Shown: positions 1 to 12,126, counted from the first letter of the whole stretch. The stretch: 63,880 bases of DNA, filler included, from Octopus bimaculoides (GCF_001194135.2; 5 parts of 4 records of this genome joined end to end with filler, not necessarily neighbours in it); one strand, 5' to 3'. Notes: generated from the sequence alone by a model not told the origin. Numbers and translations are program-made.

Positions 1-56
<56 letters not shown>

Positions 57-290
57 TTCCATGTCCCTCTTTCTTCATCTCACTCTTTCTCTCCATCGCT
101 TTCTCTCTCTCTCCATCGCTTTTTCTCTCTCCATCGCCTTCTCTCTCTCTCCATCGCATTCTCTCTCTCTCCGTTGCTTTTTCTCTCTCCATCGCCTTCT
201 CTCTCTCTCTCTCTCCCCATCGCTTTCTCTCTCTCTTTCCCCCTCTCTGTCTCTTTCTTCTTTTCTTTTTTCCTCTATATCTAATCCCAT
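1..290. repeat. (TC)n microsatellite grading into a degenerate CTCTCCATCG-containing tandem repeat
   Basis: Seen directly in the sequence. The overlapping ORFs are low-complexity translations. Confidence 0.9.
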
Positions 291-342
291 TACCGGTTTC
301 AGAATAGTTGTTATTCCACGCTATTGAGCATTGTACACAGTC

Positions 343-1050
343 AGGAGGAGCAGGAGGAGGAGGTGGTGGTGGTGGTGGTGGTGGTGGTGATGACAGTGGT
401 GGTGGTGGTGGTGGTGGTGGTTGTGGTGAGTGTTGGTTTCNNNNNNNNNNNNNNNNNNNNNNNNNNNNNNNNNNNNNNNNNNNNNNNNNNNNNNNNNNNN
501 NNNNNNNNNNNNNNNNNNNNNNNNNNNNNNNNNNNNNNNNNNNNNNNNNNNNNNNNNNNNNNNNNNNNNNNNNNNNNNNNNNNNNNNNNNNNNNNNNNNN
601 NNNNNNNNNNNNNNNNNNNNNNNNNNNNNNNNNNNNNNNNNNNNNNNNNNNNNNNNNNNNNNNNNNNNNNNNNNNNNNNNNNNNNNNNNNNNNNNNNNNN
701 NNNNNNNNNNNNNNNNNNNNNNNNNNNNNNNNNNNNNNNNNNNNNNNNNNNNNNNNNNNNNNNNNNNNNNNNNNNNNNNNNNNNNNNNNNNNNNNNNNNN
801 NGTGAAGATGATGGTGGTGGTGGTGGTAGTGGTGGTGGTGGTCATCGTCGTCGTCGTCGTCGTCGTGAAGATGATGGTGGTGGTGGTAGTGACGTTGACA
901 ATGGTGGTGGTAGCAGTGGTGGTTGTAGTGATGGTAGTGATGATGGGTGGTCGTATAGATAATGGTGGTCAAGTTGAAGTTACTGGTTCTGGTGGCGGTG
1001 GTGGTGGCGGTGTTGGTGGTGGTGGTGGCGGTGTTGGTGTTGGTGGTGGT
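343..1050. repeat. (GGT)n / (GGA)n / (CGT)n trinucleotide microsatellite complex interrupted by an N gap
   Basis: Seen directly in the sequence. Confidence 0.9.
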
Positions 1051-1565
1051 GGAGATGGATATCGTGTTTTGTTGTTGTCATTATTTGTTTCTCTTTCTTC
1101 CTTCTTTTTCCCCTTTTTCTTTACTACTTTCTACCTCTCCCCCTCTCTCTCCCCCTCTCTCTCTCTCTCTCTCTTTCTGCTCTCTACTTTTTATTTGTTG
1201 TTTTTTTGTTTTAAATATTTTTACCTTTCAGTTGATAAGATTTTGTTGTTTGTTTTTTACCTCTGTATCATTATAATTAATTCAGGCATACATGAATTAA
1301 TTATATTTATATACGCATATAAAATACACTTATACGTTCATGCATGTATAGTTTACATACATGAAACACATGTAGACACATGTGCATGTGTTTGTAACAC
1401 TGTGCATGTGTATTTGTGTGTATGTATGCATGTCTATACGTACGTATATCTAAATACGTTTTGTGTCAAAATGTATAAATATGCGTTAACGGAAAATCCT
1501 TCATTTTTTGCTTTCTAGTAAAGCCAAAAAATATAACACATATGCGGGTATTTAGAATACCCTTA

Positions 1566-1619
<54 letters not shown>

Positions 1620-1894
1620 AAGACAGATAGACAAACAGACAGACAGGGGAAGAGCCAGAAGAAAATTATATAGTCATTGAACAAAAATCAATGCAATGTA
1701 ATACCGTGTTATTTTACAAGCTTAATCATGTATTTAAAGATAAGACCTCTTCGCTCAGTAAACATTTATTCATACCAGAATATATACGTCTGTATGTATA
1801 AACCTATGTATGTATAAACGTATGTATGTATGTATGTATGTATGTATGTATGTATGTATGTATGTATGTAGATATGCATGTGGGGATCTATCAG

Positions 1895-1928
<34 letters not shown>

Positions 1929-1960
1929 AGTATAAATGTATATATGTATGTGTGTATGTA

Positions 1961-2102
1961 CGAAGGGGGTGTTGAAAAGTTCCTGATTTTCGGTAGAAGA
2001 AAATACAGGAGAATCATCAGTTAGTTATGATTTTATTCAACATATTCTCCTCTCAAATTCACACACTTATTGCAGCGGTCCTTCGATTTTTTTAAGCCCT
2101 GA
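1961..2102 (-). mobile_element. Mariner 3' end remnant (transposase C-terminus plus terminal inverted repeat)
   Basis: Minus strand reads GLKKSKDRCNKCVNLRGEYVE*, the typical mariner C-terminus. It is followed by a CGAAGGGGGTGTTGAAAAGTTCC terminus preceded by TA (1959-1960). Confidence 0.7.
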
Positions 2103-3416
2103 AAACAAAAAAAAAGCGCGCACACTCACATACACACAGTCACACACNNNNNNNNNNNNNNNNNNNNNNNNNNNNNNNNNNNNNNNNNNNNNNNNNNNNN
2201 NNNNNNNNNNNNNNNNNNNNNNNNNNNNNNNNNNNNNNNNNNNNNNNNNNNNNNNNNNNNNNNNNNNNNNNNNNNNNNNNNNNNNNNNNNNNNNNNNNNN
2301 NNNNNNNNNNNNNNNNNNNNNNNNNNNNNNNNNNNNNNNNNNNNNNNNNNNNNNNNNNNNNNNNNNNNNNNNNNNNNNNNNNNNNNNNNNNNNNNNNNNN
2401 NNNNNNNNNNNNNNNNNNNNNNNNNNNNNNNNNNNNNNNNNNNNNNNNNNNNNNNNNNNNNNNNNNNNNNNNNNNNNNNNNATATATATATATATATATA
2501 TATATATACGAATATACATATATAAATACATATATATATATATGCATGTATATATATATATGTGTGTGTGTGTTCTACGTTTCGAGCCTACGCTCTACCA
2601 CAGAAAGGCTTAAAAGTAAAAAAAAAGGAGAAAATGAAAAAACTGTGCGAAGAAAATGTATTAGGATTAACGGTTTAAAATGATGAAATAGCCAAAAGGA
2701 AGATATACATAGTTTAAGGAATTCAGGAGTTATACTTGAGCTACTTCAAGTTTCATGCTCGGATATTACAGTAAATGAACGGGGTTGTGTAGTGTACGCT
2801 GGACAATTTAGTAATCGTTCAGGCTCAAATGACATGACTATTCCTAGAGGAAACGTGAAGAAGCGAGAAAACTTTAAAAAGAAGTTCTGTTTCTTTAAAC
2901 CGTTTAAGGAAAAATATTTATAATATTAATTGTGTAATTTTTTTTAAATGCCTTTTCTGAAAAAAAAAAATAATAAACTATATCTAGTGAGGGTAGTTGA
3001 ATTTAGGAAAAGTTAATGTGCACAAAATTGTAACTCGAATCTGGTGAGGAGTGTGTCTTCCAGTTCAATAGCAGAAAATCTTCAAGATGAATACATCTTG
3101 TAAAAATCTCTGATCCCGCGCTTAAAAGGAGGTGTGTTACTTCTACAAATACAGAGCTTGCATAGTTTTGAACCGTTAATGTACGGCTTTCATCTCTCTA
3201 CGCGCTATCCAGTGGAGCATCGTAGAATGATCTAGGCCATTCAGTAACGGATCAAGAGACTACAAGCTCTCTTTAGCTGGCACTCTACCTTTCACTCCGC
3301 TTATGATTCATAAAATACGCGTCATTATTTTTTAGTAATCAGATCCGTTGACTATAAATGCGTATATATCCTTTCGACATCAGTAAAAGTTTGTGTTAAT
3401 AAGAATTCTAAATTCT

Positions 3417-3790
3417 TATTATTTTATTCTTTTACTTGATTCAATCATTAGACTGCCGCCATGCTGGGGCACCGCTTTCAAGAATTTTAGTCCAACGAAT
3501 CGATCCCAGTACATTTTTTTAAAGCTTGGTATTTATTCTATCAGGCTCTTTTGCCGAAACGCTAAGTTGCGGTGACGTAAGCATACCATCACTGGTTGTC
3601 AAGCGATGGTGGGGGACAAACACAGACGCAAACACATACACACACACATACATACATACACATGACTGGCTTCTTTCAGTTTCCGTCAGCCAAATCCACT
3701 CACGATGCTATGGTCGACCAGATACAAGTGGGACTGGATCAGGAACCATGTGGTTAGGATGCAAACTTTTTACAACAGCCACACCTGCAC
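3417..3790 (-). mobile_element. tRNA-derived SINE, family A (abundant family with an internal CA/TA microsatellite)
   Basis: Reverse-complement homology to the plus-strand copy at 8004-8376. Confidence 0.8.
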
Positions 3791-3944
3791 CTGTGTGCCA
3801 CACCTACGTCTATATAGAATTTTACTCACCTAAAACCTGAGCCGTCAATATTTCGATACTGTAGAAATTACACAGATATATCTGTAAGTTCAAATTGGTA
3901 AGCACACTAAAAGCTTAATATGCCCTTGGTATTGTATTGAGTTG

Positions 3945-4263
3945 AGACCCCCCTTCGGTCATCAATGACTATGCGATTGCACCTAGAAAGTCCGTGCAAG
4001 GTTGTTTATGGAAGACCAGCAGTCGGTCATGCATACCGGCCTCCCCTCTCTATGACACCAGTGTTATCCAAAGGAAAGGCAAAGGGGCCGATACAGCTTG
4101 GCACCTGTGACGTCACAACTCATTTCTACACCTGAGTGAACTGGAGCAACGTGAAATAAAATGTCTTGCTCAAGAACACAACACGCAGCCCGGTCCGAGA
4201 TTCGAACTCACAACCTCACGATCGTAAGCTGGACGCTCTAACCACTGAGCCATGCGCCTTCAC
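3945..4263 (-). mobile_element. tRNA-derived SINE, family B
   Basis: Minus strand begins GTGAAGGCGCATGGCTCAGTGGTTAGAGCG...GAGTTCGAATCTC (A and B boxes). The head and central part are shared with 37035-37360. Confidence 0.8.
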
Positions 4264-4951
4264 ATACATGGTATTGTACAATTATCTTCAATATTAAGGG
4301 TGGGAAATCCGGAATCCAAGGATACTAGATATGGTCTGCGTTGATGATTATATTGTCTAATCAACCGGAAAAGCAAATCTCATGGTTGAGCCTCGTCTTT
4401 AAGAAAATAAATATGTTGAATGTCGGCATAGTACTTCATTAACAATCATTCGCGACGATTTGGCTCGACTAAATTTTTTTTAATAATTTTCATTTTAGAT
4501 ATTTGTATTGTTTCATGTAATTCATACAACATACTGGAAGTAATTCATAGAGATAATATACATGACCAACTTACTTAATATTAATAATAAACTTTCATTA
4601 CAACAATTCGCTGCCGCCATCAACTCAACTGAGTTGAATCAAACCTGAAAAGCTAAAAACGTATTTATTTTAGGAAAATTTTGAATTCATTAATCATCTA
4701 ATAAAAGCTAATCATTTATTAATGGATTTGATTATGTGATTCATTAATTGAATTCATAAATTGATCTAATTCATTAGCTCATATATTGATTTTTGGAGGA
4801 ATTTATGACGGACGCCGTATATGTCGTTTATATATCGTGATTTGGAAAATATTAATTAATACCTCTTGATGAGAATAATGGCTTTCAGTAATGTAACATA
4901 ATGAGACGTACGTCAGTGACATGGTGTCCGCATTGAATATACGCACATGCA

Positions 4952-5002
<51 letters not shown>

Positions 5003-5085
5003 AAGCTATGTGTGTGTGGTGTGTGTGAGTGCGCGTGTGCGCGTGTGGATTTGATAGAACGAACAGAATAAACAGAATTCCATCC

Positions 5086-5184
5086 GGGTATATGGCGTAG
5101 TGGTTAAGAGCGCGGGCTACCAACCGCAAGATTCCGAGTTCGATTCCAGGCAGTGACCTGAATATTAATAATAATAATAATAAT
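5086..5184 (+). mobile_element. Short tRNA-derived SINE with (TAA)n tail
   Basis: A box TGGCGTAGTGG, B box GTTCGATTCC, an anticodon-like stem, no complete acceptor stem, and a direct (TAA)n tail. Confidence 0.65.
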
Positions 5185-5352
5185 AGAGTCAAAATTAAAA
5201 GAAGAGTGCCATTGTTATCTAGTGACCGATATTTCGACATCTTGTGTATCTTCAACTGGTTCAAAAATTTTGTCAATCTACTTCATTTTGGTTAATATAG
5301 AAACGATTGAGGTAACTCCTCCTGAAGATATAGAGTCAAAATTAAAAGAAAA
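5184..5352 (+). repeat. ~1.1 copies of the 152-bp tandem unit (147-bp period here) carrying a hammerhead-like core
   Basis: Near-identical to 49112-49310 and 50053-50253. Confidence 0.8.
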
Positions 5353-5897
5353 GTGTACATAATGGTAATATTCTAATGGCCTTGAATTAATTCCTACTAC
5401 GGTACCCACAGAATTTGGTTATGAAGAACTGGATTGCAGACAATATGTTTTAAAAACTGATCTTGCAGCAACAGCATACATTAGGATTAATTACTGTCTT
5501 GTTTGTCACCACCTACACCCTCAATCTATAATCTGACGCAACACAAACATCATAAAATAAGTTCTGTGTTCAAATGACACCGAGGTAACTTTACCTTTCA
5601 ACCTTACGGGATCGACCGTATAAAGTACCGGCCAAGTTCTGTGATTGAATGTATCGATTAAAATCTTCCCCCTTAAAACTGCTGGTTTTGCATCTTAAAG
5701 CAGAAATCATCGGAATCATTAACGCGTCGGAAAAAATGGTTAGCGGCATTTCTTCTGGCTATTTACATTCTGAGTTAAAATCCCGCTGCGGCCAACTTTG
5801 CGCGTCATCCTTTGGGGATCGATAAAACAAGTCCCTGTCACATAATGAGGTTGGGCTAATCGACTGACCCGCTAACTCCTAAAATTTAATGTTTTCC

Positions 5898-6046
5898 ATT
5901 CTCAAACGCAGGGTAATGCTAATAATATAGCCTGAACAGGATAAACTACCCCTATTTTGCAGAAAAAAGTGTTGGCGGCTGGCTAAAGATAGGGGTAGCT
6001 TATCCTGTTCAGGCTATATTATTAGCATTATCCTGCGTTTGAGAAT
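5898..6046. repeat. Short foldback: ~58-bp inverted arms around a ~33-bp spacer
   Basis: 5898-5955 is the reverse complement of 5989-6046 with about 2 mismatches. Confidence 0.85.
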
Positions 6047-6499
6047 TTAAAAATCACTTCTTTAACTTTCTAAGACATCTCAACGCTTCTAAAGCAAACT
6101 TCGTTTGTTTGTTTACGTTTATCGTAATTTGAATTTAATGTTTTCCGTTTTCTTGGCTTACTTTTAACTAATCAAGCTTGAATAGAACACACTGGAATGT
6201 TTCTATACAATAAAGGTTTTCCTACTCTGGTAAAAGAGAGAATATCTCCCATCAAAACTTACCAATATGTACGACTTCAACATGGAATTGCTGTAAAGGT
6301 GTTATTATATTAATTTCAAAAAGTCATAGCTATTGTGATTAAATCTGTAAATTTCGTTTGATGCAAAGTTCTTTATCATAGGATATCCATATTTTTTCTG
6401 CGAAGAATTAGCGAGTGAATATCAAATTTTGCTTTTGCGGAGAGAGAAGTTAGTTGATTACTTCGACCCCACTATTTGACTGGTATTGCTGCATTTGTG

Positions 6500-7180
6500 A
6501 GGTGGATATTGTATTAAGTTGTTAATATGTCTTAGGAAATTTTCATTTTTTTTTTTTTCTGGGAAATGGAAAGAATTTAGCGAAAAAGTTCGGGAAACAG
6601 AATTCAGTCTGTTTGTTGTCTATTTGTCAGTTCATTCAAGTGAATACAATCATTTGAATGAAGGGAACCTCCGCATGGAGGAATTCACAACAAACAAGTT
6701 GCAATATCTTGAGAAAGTCAGGAATTTTAAAAGAAATAATTCTCACTTTGGGAGTAGCGAATTGAAAAAGAAAATTTCTTTCCATTTGTTTTTCTGCTGG
6801 AAAGAACAGGGGAACAACCGGAAATCTATTTATCATTGTGGAGGAACTGGCGACCATCGGTCAGAGCCTCAGAGTACGTTGGAGAACTACAAACTTATAA
6901 AAACTGTTGATGAAAGCATGAAGAAACCATTTTTTATGGGATGTGGTCGATACCAAAATCTTTATAGAAGGATTGTTGGAACGACAAAATAAAGACACCA
7001 GCAATATTCTTTTCTGATTCCATTTGCTTGACAGGTTCATGGTTAAACAGATTTCTAGACGGACAAAGTTGGCACCGTCGCATCAGCTTATAAAGTTGGC
7101 ATTGGAATCAGTAATTCCATTTCCAACTCATTTCTGTCAAGCTGTGTTTCGTAACATACTGTATGTAATAAATTTAAGAC
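6500..7180 (+). mobile_element. Highly decayed hAT (Buster/Charlie-like) transposase C-terminal half
   Basis: HLNEGNLRMEEFTTNKLQYLEKVRNFKR resembles the hAT LNxLNLxLQG...xKVxAFKxKL block. QLIKLALESVIPFPTHFCQAVF at ~7083-7150 resembles the hAT dimerisation motif (LALxxLIPFxTTYLCExxFS). Frameshifted. Confidence 0.55.
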
Positions 7181-7479
7181 TCCATACCTAGGAAATGAAT
7201 GGAATCTTACCTCTTTATTGACATGAGATTGGCATTCACAAATTATAGACCAAACCTCGAGAAGCTGGCGAAAATTAGCTACAACAAAAGAATCACTTTC
7301 CCTCTTCTGAGTAAACTATTCTGATAAACATGTGACGATAATGAATTTTTTGACATTGATGAAAATTGAGAATAAATTATTTTTCGAGAGTACCTTCTTC
7401 GTATGTATATTAGTTTCCAATTAATACTTTCTCCTAAGTTTCCTCTTAAATATGCCAATAAGCCATTGCTTTACAATGC

Positions 7480-7880
7480 ACAAGACCTGAACTCTTTTTC
7501 TACTGCCAACGACGGGACTAATTGGAAGTTAATATCTCCCATAAACCTTCTGAAACCCTTCATCACCTTTATTCTTAATAACGAAATCGTTAATCAGAAC
7601 AAGGGAGACTACATTTGACGCTAGTACCTAGTCTTACCAACAGACAGTAGCAGCCCTACCTTGTAGCAAGCAGCAGTAGTTTCTAGCCTTTACCAGCTCC
7701 AAGCTACAAGGTACAAGTTACAATCTATCAGCCAACAGCGTTCGCAACAACTAACAAACCCATGACATGATTTAAAACAATAGGAATGATCCTCACTCAT
7801 CATCCAATAACAACGAGCCGTACGAATATACGAATATCCAATGAAAGACTTGAAGTTCTTTTGTTTCACCAATAGCGGAG
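7480..7880 (+). mobile_element. Possible very old Penelope-like RT thumb/linker remnant
   Basis: Short by-eye motifs only: HKPSETLHHLYS (cf. YKPTDxHxYL) and MILTHHP (cf. PLVLTYHP). Confidence 0.3.
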
Positions 7881-8003
7881 AATCTGATCTTATTTTTTCC
7901 CTCGGTTCTGGTCTTTCTGTCTCATGTCTCTATCATATTTAATGTGGTGCTCCAGCATGGCCGCAGTCAAATGACTGAAAACAATTAAAAGACTAAAAGA
8001 ATA

Positions 8004-8376
8004 GGAGTGGCTCTGTGGTAAGTAGCTTGCTACCAACTACATGGTTCCGGGTTCAGTCCCACTGCGTGGCACCTTGGGCAAGTGTCTTCTACTATAGCCT
8101 CGGGCCGACCAAAGCCTTGTGAGTGGATTTGGTAGACGGAAAGAAGCCCGTCGTATATATATGTATATATGTGTGTGTTTGCGTGTCTGTGTTTGTCTCC
8201 CCCAACATCGCTTGACAACCGATGGTGGTGTATTTACACCCTCGTAACTTAGCGGTTTGGCAAAAGAAATGAATAGAATAAGTACTAGGCTTACAAAAAA
8301 TAAGTCCTGAGGTCGATTTGCTTGACTAAAGGCGGTGCTCCAGCATGGCCGTAGTCAAATGACTGAAACAAGTAAA
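8004..8376 (+). mobile_element. tRNA-derived SINE, family A, full-length reference copy (preceded by a second 3' tail at ~7946-8000)
   Basis: Head GGAGTGGCTCTGTGGTAAGTAGCTTGC...GGTTCAGTCCC, central TA/TG microsatellite, 3' end GGCGGTGCTCCAGCATGGCCGTAGTCAAATGACTGAAACAAGTAAA. At least 15 homologous pieces occur in the window. Confidence 0.85.
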
Positions 8377-9691
8377 TAGATAATGCATTTTTTTTTTCTG
8401 GACCGACCAACAGTTGGTGAATCACTGTTCTGCCGTATTTCCTAATTCCGATACCAGCCGGGGGGGATATCGTGGTTCGGAGAACAAACCCAAGACATGT
8501 ACTGGAAGCACTGAACGCAGAACATTCTCGCATCTCACAGAAGTCCCTAACCCTTTTATATCTGAGGCTCTTCCTTTTACGCGGCAATTCAACATTGCTT
8601 TCCGAAGGCACCATCAACTCAACATTCATACGTTTTCTATACATGTATAGAAATATGCCGCTATCTAACAGACACTGCTTAATATAAAATTGGTCTATGA
8701 CTTCCGATCGTTTGATCGTTTCTTTAGCAGCAAAACATTAGTGTTTGTGTATCTATATATGTTGTTATGTATGTATGCATGTGCGTACGAATGTGCGTAT
8801 GCATATATGTATGTATTATGTGTGCGTATGTATATACGAAGCATGTATATATGTATGTATGTATATATATATATATATATATATNNNNNNNNNNNNNNNN
8901 NNNNNNNNNNNNNNNNNNNNNNNNNNNNNNNNNNNNNNNNNNNNNNNNNNNNNNNNNNNNNNNNNNNNNNNNNNNNNNNNNNNNNNNNNNNNNNNNNNNN
9001 NNNNNNNNNNNNNNNNNNNNNNNNNNNNNNNNNNNNNNNNNNNNNNNNNNNNNNNNNNNNNNNNNNNNNNNNNNNNNNNNNNNNNNNNNNNNNNNNNNNN
9101 NNNNNNNNNNNNNNNNNNNNNNNNNNNNNNNNNNNNNNNNNNNNNNNNNNNNNNNNNNNNNNNNNNNNNNNNNNNNNNNNNNNNNNNNNNNNNNNNNNNN
9201 NNNNNNNNNNNNNNNNNNNNNNNNNNNNNNNNNNNNNNNNNNNNNNNNNNNNNNNNNNNNNNNNNNNNNNNNNNNNNNNNNNNNNNNNNNNNNNNNNNNN
9301 NNNNNNNNNNNNNNNNNNNNNNNNNNNNNNNNNNNNNNNNNNNNNNNNNNNNNNNNNNNNNNNNNNNNACGTATATATACATAGAATTATACACATGTGT
9401 ACATAGACATATTTTCACATATATGAATGCGTGTGTATGTGTGTGTGTCTGTATGAGTTTCTGTTTGTATATAAATCAAGAGAACAAAAGACAGATAGAT
9501 GATGAAAAATAAATCGTTAAACTTCCAAGTGTTTGTCAGACATACAGATAAAACGTTCCCTATACCGATTATCACACCTAAATACCTATACGTACATACA
9601 TACATTATATACACACACACATATATATATATATATACATATATATGTATGTGTGCGTATATATATATATATTTATGTGTACGTGTGTATG

Positions 9692-9724
<33 letters not shown>

Positions 9725-9862
9725 GTAAATATGTATATACACATACAAACATGCATGTATGCTTCTCTGTGTGTGTACACATAGACATTTATTTGCAAGC
9801 ATTTAATGTGTATTTTACACCTATACCTTTGCAAAGTATATACCTAGCTAATACAAAATAGC

Positions 9863-9902
<40 letters not shown>

Positions 9903-11689
9903 NNNNNNNNNNNNNNNNNNNNNNNNNNNNNNNNNNNNNNNNNNNNNNNNNNNNNNNNNNNNNNNNNNNNNNNNNNNNNNNNNNNNNNNNNNNNNNNNNN
10001 NNNNNNNNNNNNNNNNNNNNNNNNNNNNNNNNNNNNNNNNNNNNNNNNNNNNNNNNNNNNNNNNNNNNNNNNNNNNNNNNNNNNNNNNNNNNNNNNNNNN
10101 NNNNNNNNNNNNNNNNNNNNNNNNNNNNNNNNNNNNNNNNNNNNNNNNNNNNNNNNNNNNNNNNNNNNNNNNNNNNNNNNNNNNNNNNNNNNNNNNNNNN
10201 NNNNNNNNNNNNNNNNNNNNNNNNNNNNNNNNNNNNNNNNNNNNNNNNNNNNNNNNNNNNNNNNNNNNNNNNNNNNNNNNNNNNNNNNNNNNNNNNNNNN
10301 NNNNNNNNNNNNNNNNNNNNNNNNNNNNNNNNNNNNNNNNNNNNTATATATATATACATGCATATATATATATATACATATATATAAATACACATATATA
10401 TACACACATATATATATATATGTACATATATATATACATATGTATATCTGTATATATACATACTTATATATGTATCCATGTATGTATATATATATGTAAT
10501 ATATATATATATCCCATACCATAACAACAAAGTATATTCCGAAATAGCTCAATATCGCTTTAAGCAACATTCTGTTGATAGTTTCTGCGCATGCTTGTGT
10601 ATTCGGATAATAAGATAAAAGGTTAAGGAAGAGAAGAGTGGAAAGAAAAGAAATGAAAAGTGAATAGTAAATCAAATGGATATATGACGAAAAAAAGGAA
10701 GAAGACTGAGGAAAACAGAGGAGCGAAACACTGAATAAATAAATGCCTCTAAGATAAAAAGGTATAGCGATAAATGTTATACAAAATTTCTCCACTGGAG
10801 TGTGCCATATTGGAAAACTGGTTTTTTTTTTGACTGCTAGCGACTCAGTGCTTAACGATGAAATGTCGATAAAGCTAAGCTATTTTGTTTACCTCTTTAT
10901 GTCGTTTGGTGGCGCTGATGTCGATAGTGTTAGTGGGGCTGAAGCAAAATAGTCTGAAAAATGATATGATATTTGGTTGGTGTGTGGTGGAGGCCGTGGT
11001 AGAGGCTGTGTTGGAGCTAGGAGATGCGTGAATGTGATGATGTGTGCTTGGGGTTACGTTTGGTTTTATTTGGAAAGTAAGTAGGTATAAGGTATAACAT
11101 GAAAAAAGGAAAGGAAAACATGGCGAATCACCCCCGCCATCTATCCAACCATCCTTCCATCCATCCACCAAAACAGTCGAACAATTTAATGATAGTATAT
11201 AACCCATTTTAACGCGGCTAATCTTATAATGGAAAGTAAAGTGAAACCAGGCGTAGTCAAAAGACTTTCGCCACGCTGGGCCGGCGACGAATTCTCTAAT
11301 TTCTTACCCAAAAGCTTTTCGTTGCTCAATTGGGTCAACAGCATATCGTACTAGGTTTTAAACCACAGCCAACATTACAGACACTAACAACAAAGATAGA
11401 AACACAACATAAACAATAACGATATTAAGGACAGCGCCGCCATCACCAACTACATTGATATTACATACCATTACTGCTACTGTTATTTGTCATTCTATGA
11501 AGTGAAGGTTTTTAACGGTCGAGACAAAACCAAAAACGCTATTTTCTCGATAATCGTTTCATTACTAAATATATTTAGCCAGCAGATATTTTGTCGTTAT
11601 TTATACAAAGCATACCCGAACGCATGCGCGCACACATCACTTTCCCGCGTAAACATATCTTTTAGTATCATTTACGTGTTTTAAAAATT

Positions 11690-12010
11690 TGAATGCAGCC
11701 ACGTTGGGGTATCGCCTTGAAGGATTTTAGTCGAATAAATCGCCCCCAGAGTTTTTTTTTTTTTTTCAAAGCTTGGTACTTACTCTATCAGTCTCTTTTG
11801 CCGAACCGTCAGGTTACGGGGACGTATACAAACCAACACCGGTCGTCAAGCGGTGGGCGTGGGGGCGGAGACAAAGATACACACACAAAGATACACACAC
11901 AGAGATATATTCACAAGGATTTGGTTGGCCCGAGGCTATAGTAGAAAATACTTGCCCAACCATGTGGTTGGGAAGCAAGCTTCTTACCACACAGACACGC
12001 CTGCGCCTAT
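11690..12010 (-). mobile_element. SINE family A copy
   Basis: Reverse-complement homology to 8004-8376. Confidence 0.75.
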
Positions 12011-12026
12011 ATAATTAAAACTGGAT

Positions 12027-12126
12027 NNNNNNNNNNNNNNNNNNNNNNNNNNNNNNNNNNNNNNNNNNNNTTAATTAATTAANNNNNNNNNNNNNNNNNN
12101 NNNNNNNNNNNNNNNNNNNNNNNNNN
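12027..12126. other. Artificial scaffold linker N44-TTAATTAATTAA-N44
   Basis: Exactly 100 bp, with stop codons in all six frames. Identical linkers occur at 42212, 49012 and 61265. Confidence 0.9.

Noticed and set aside
5086-5160. Possible tRNA gene (ACC-like anticodon loop)
   Set aside because: No complete acceptor stem, and it runs straight into a (TAA)n tail. Better explained as a tRNA-derived SINE.
5270-5510. Protein-like reading of the 152-bp unit and its flank (IYFILVNIETIEVTPPEDIESKLKE...LELIPTTVPTEFGYEELDCRQYVL)
   Set aside because: Interrupted by stops, and the 152-bp period is not a multiple of three. No family was recognised. A decayed coding origin is not excluded.
12071-12082. 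TTAATTAATTAA as a biological motif (PacI site or piggyBac target)
   Set aside because: It always sits centred in exactly 44+44 Ns, so it is an assembly linker.
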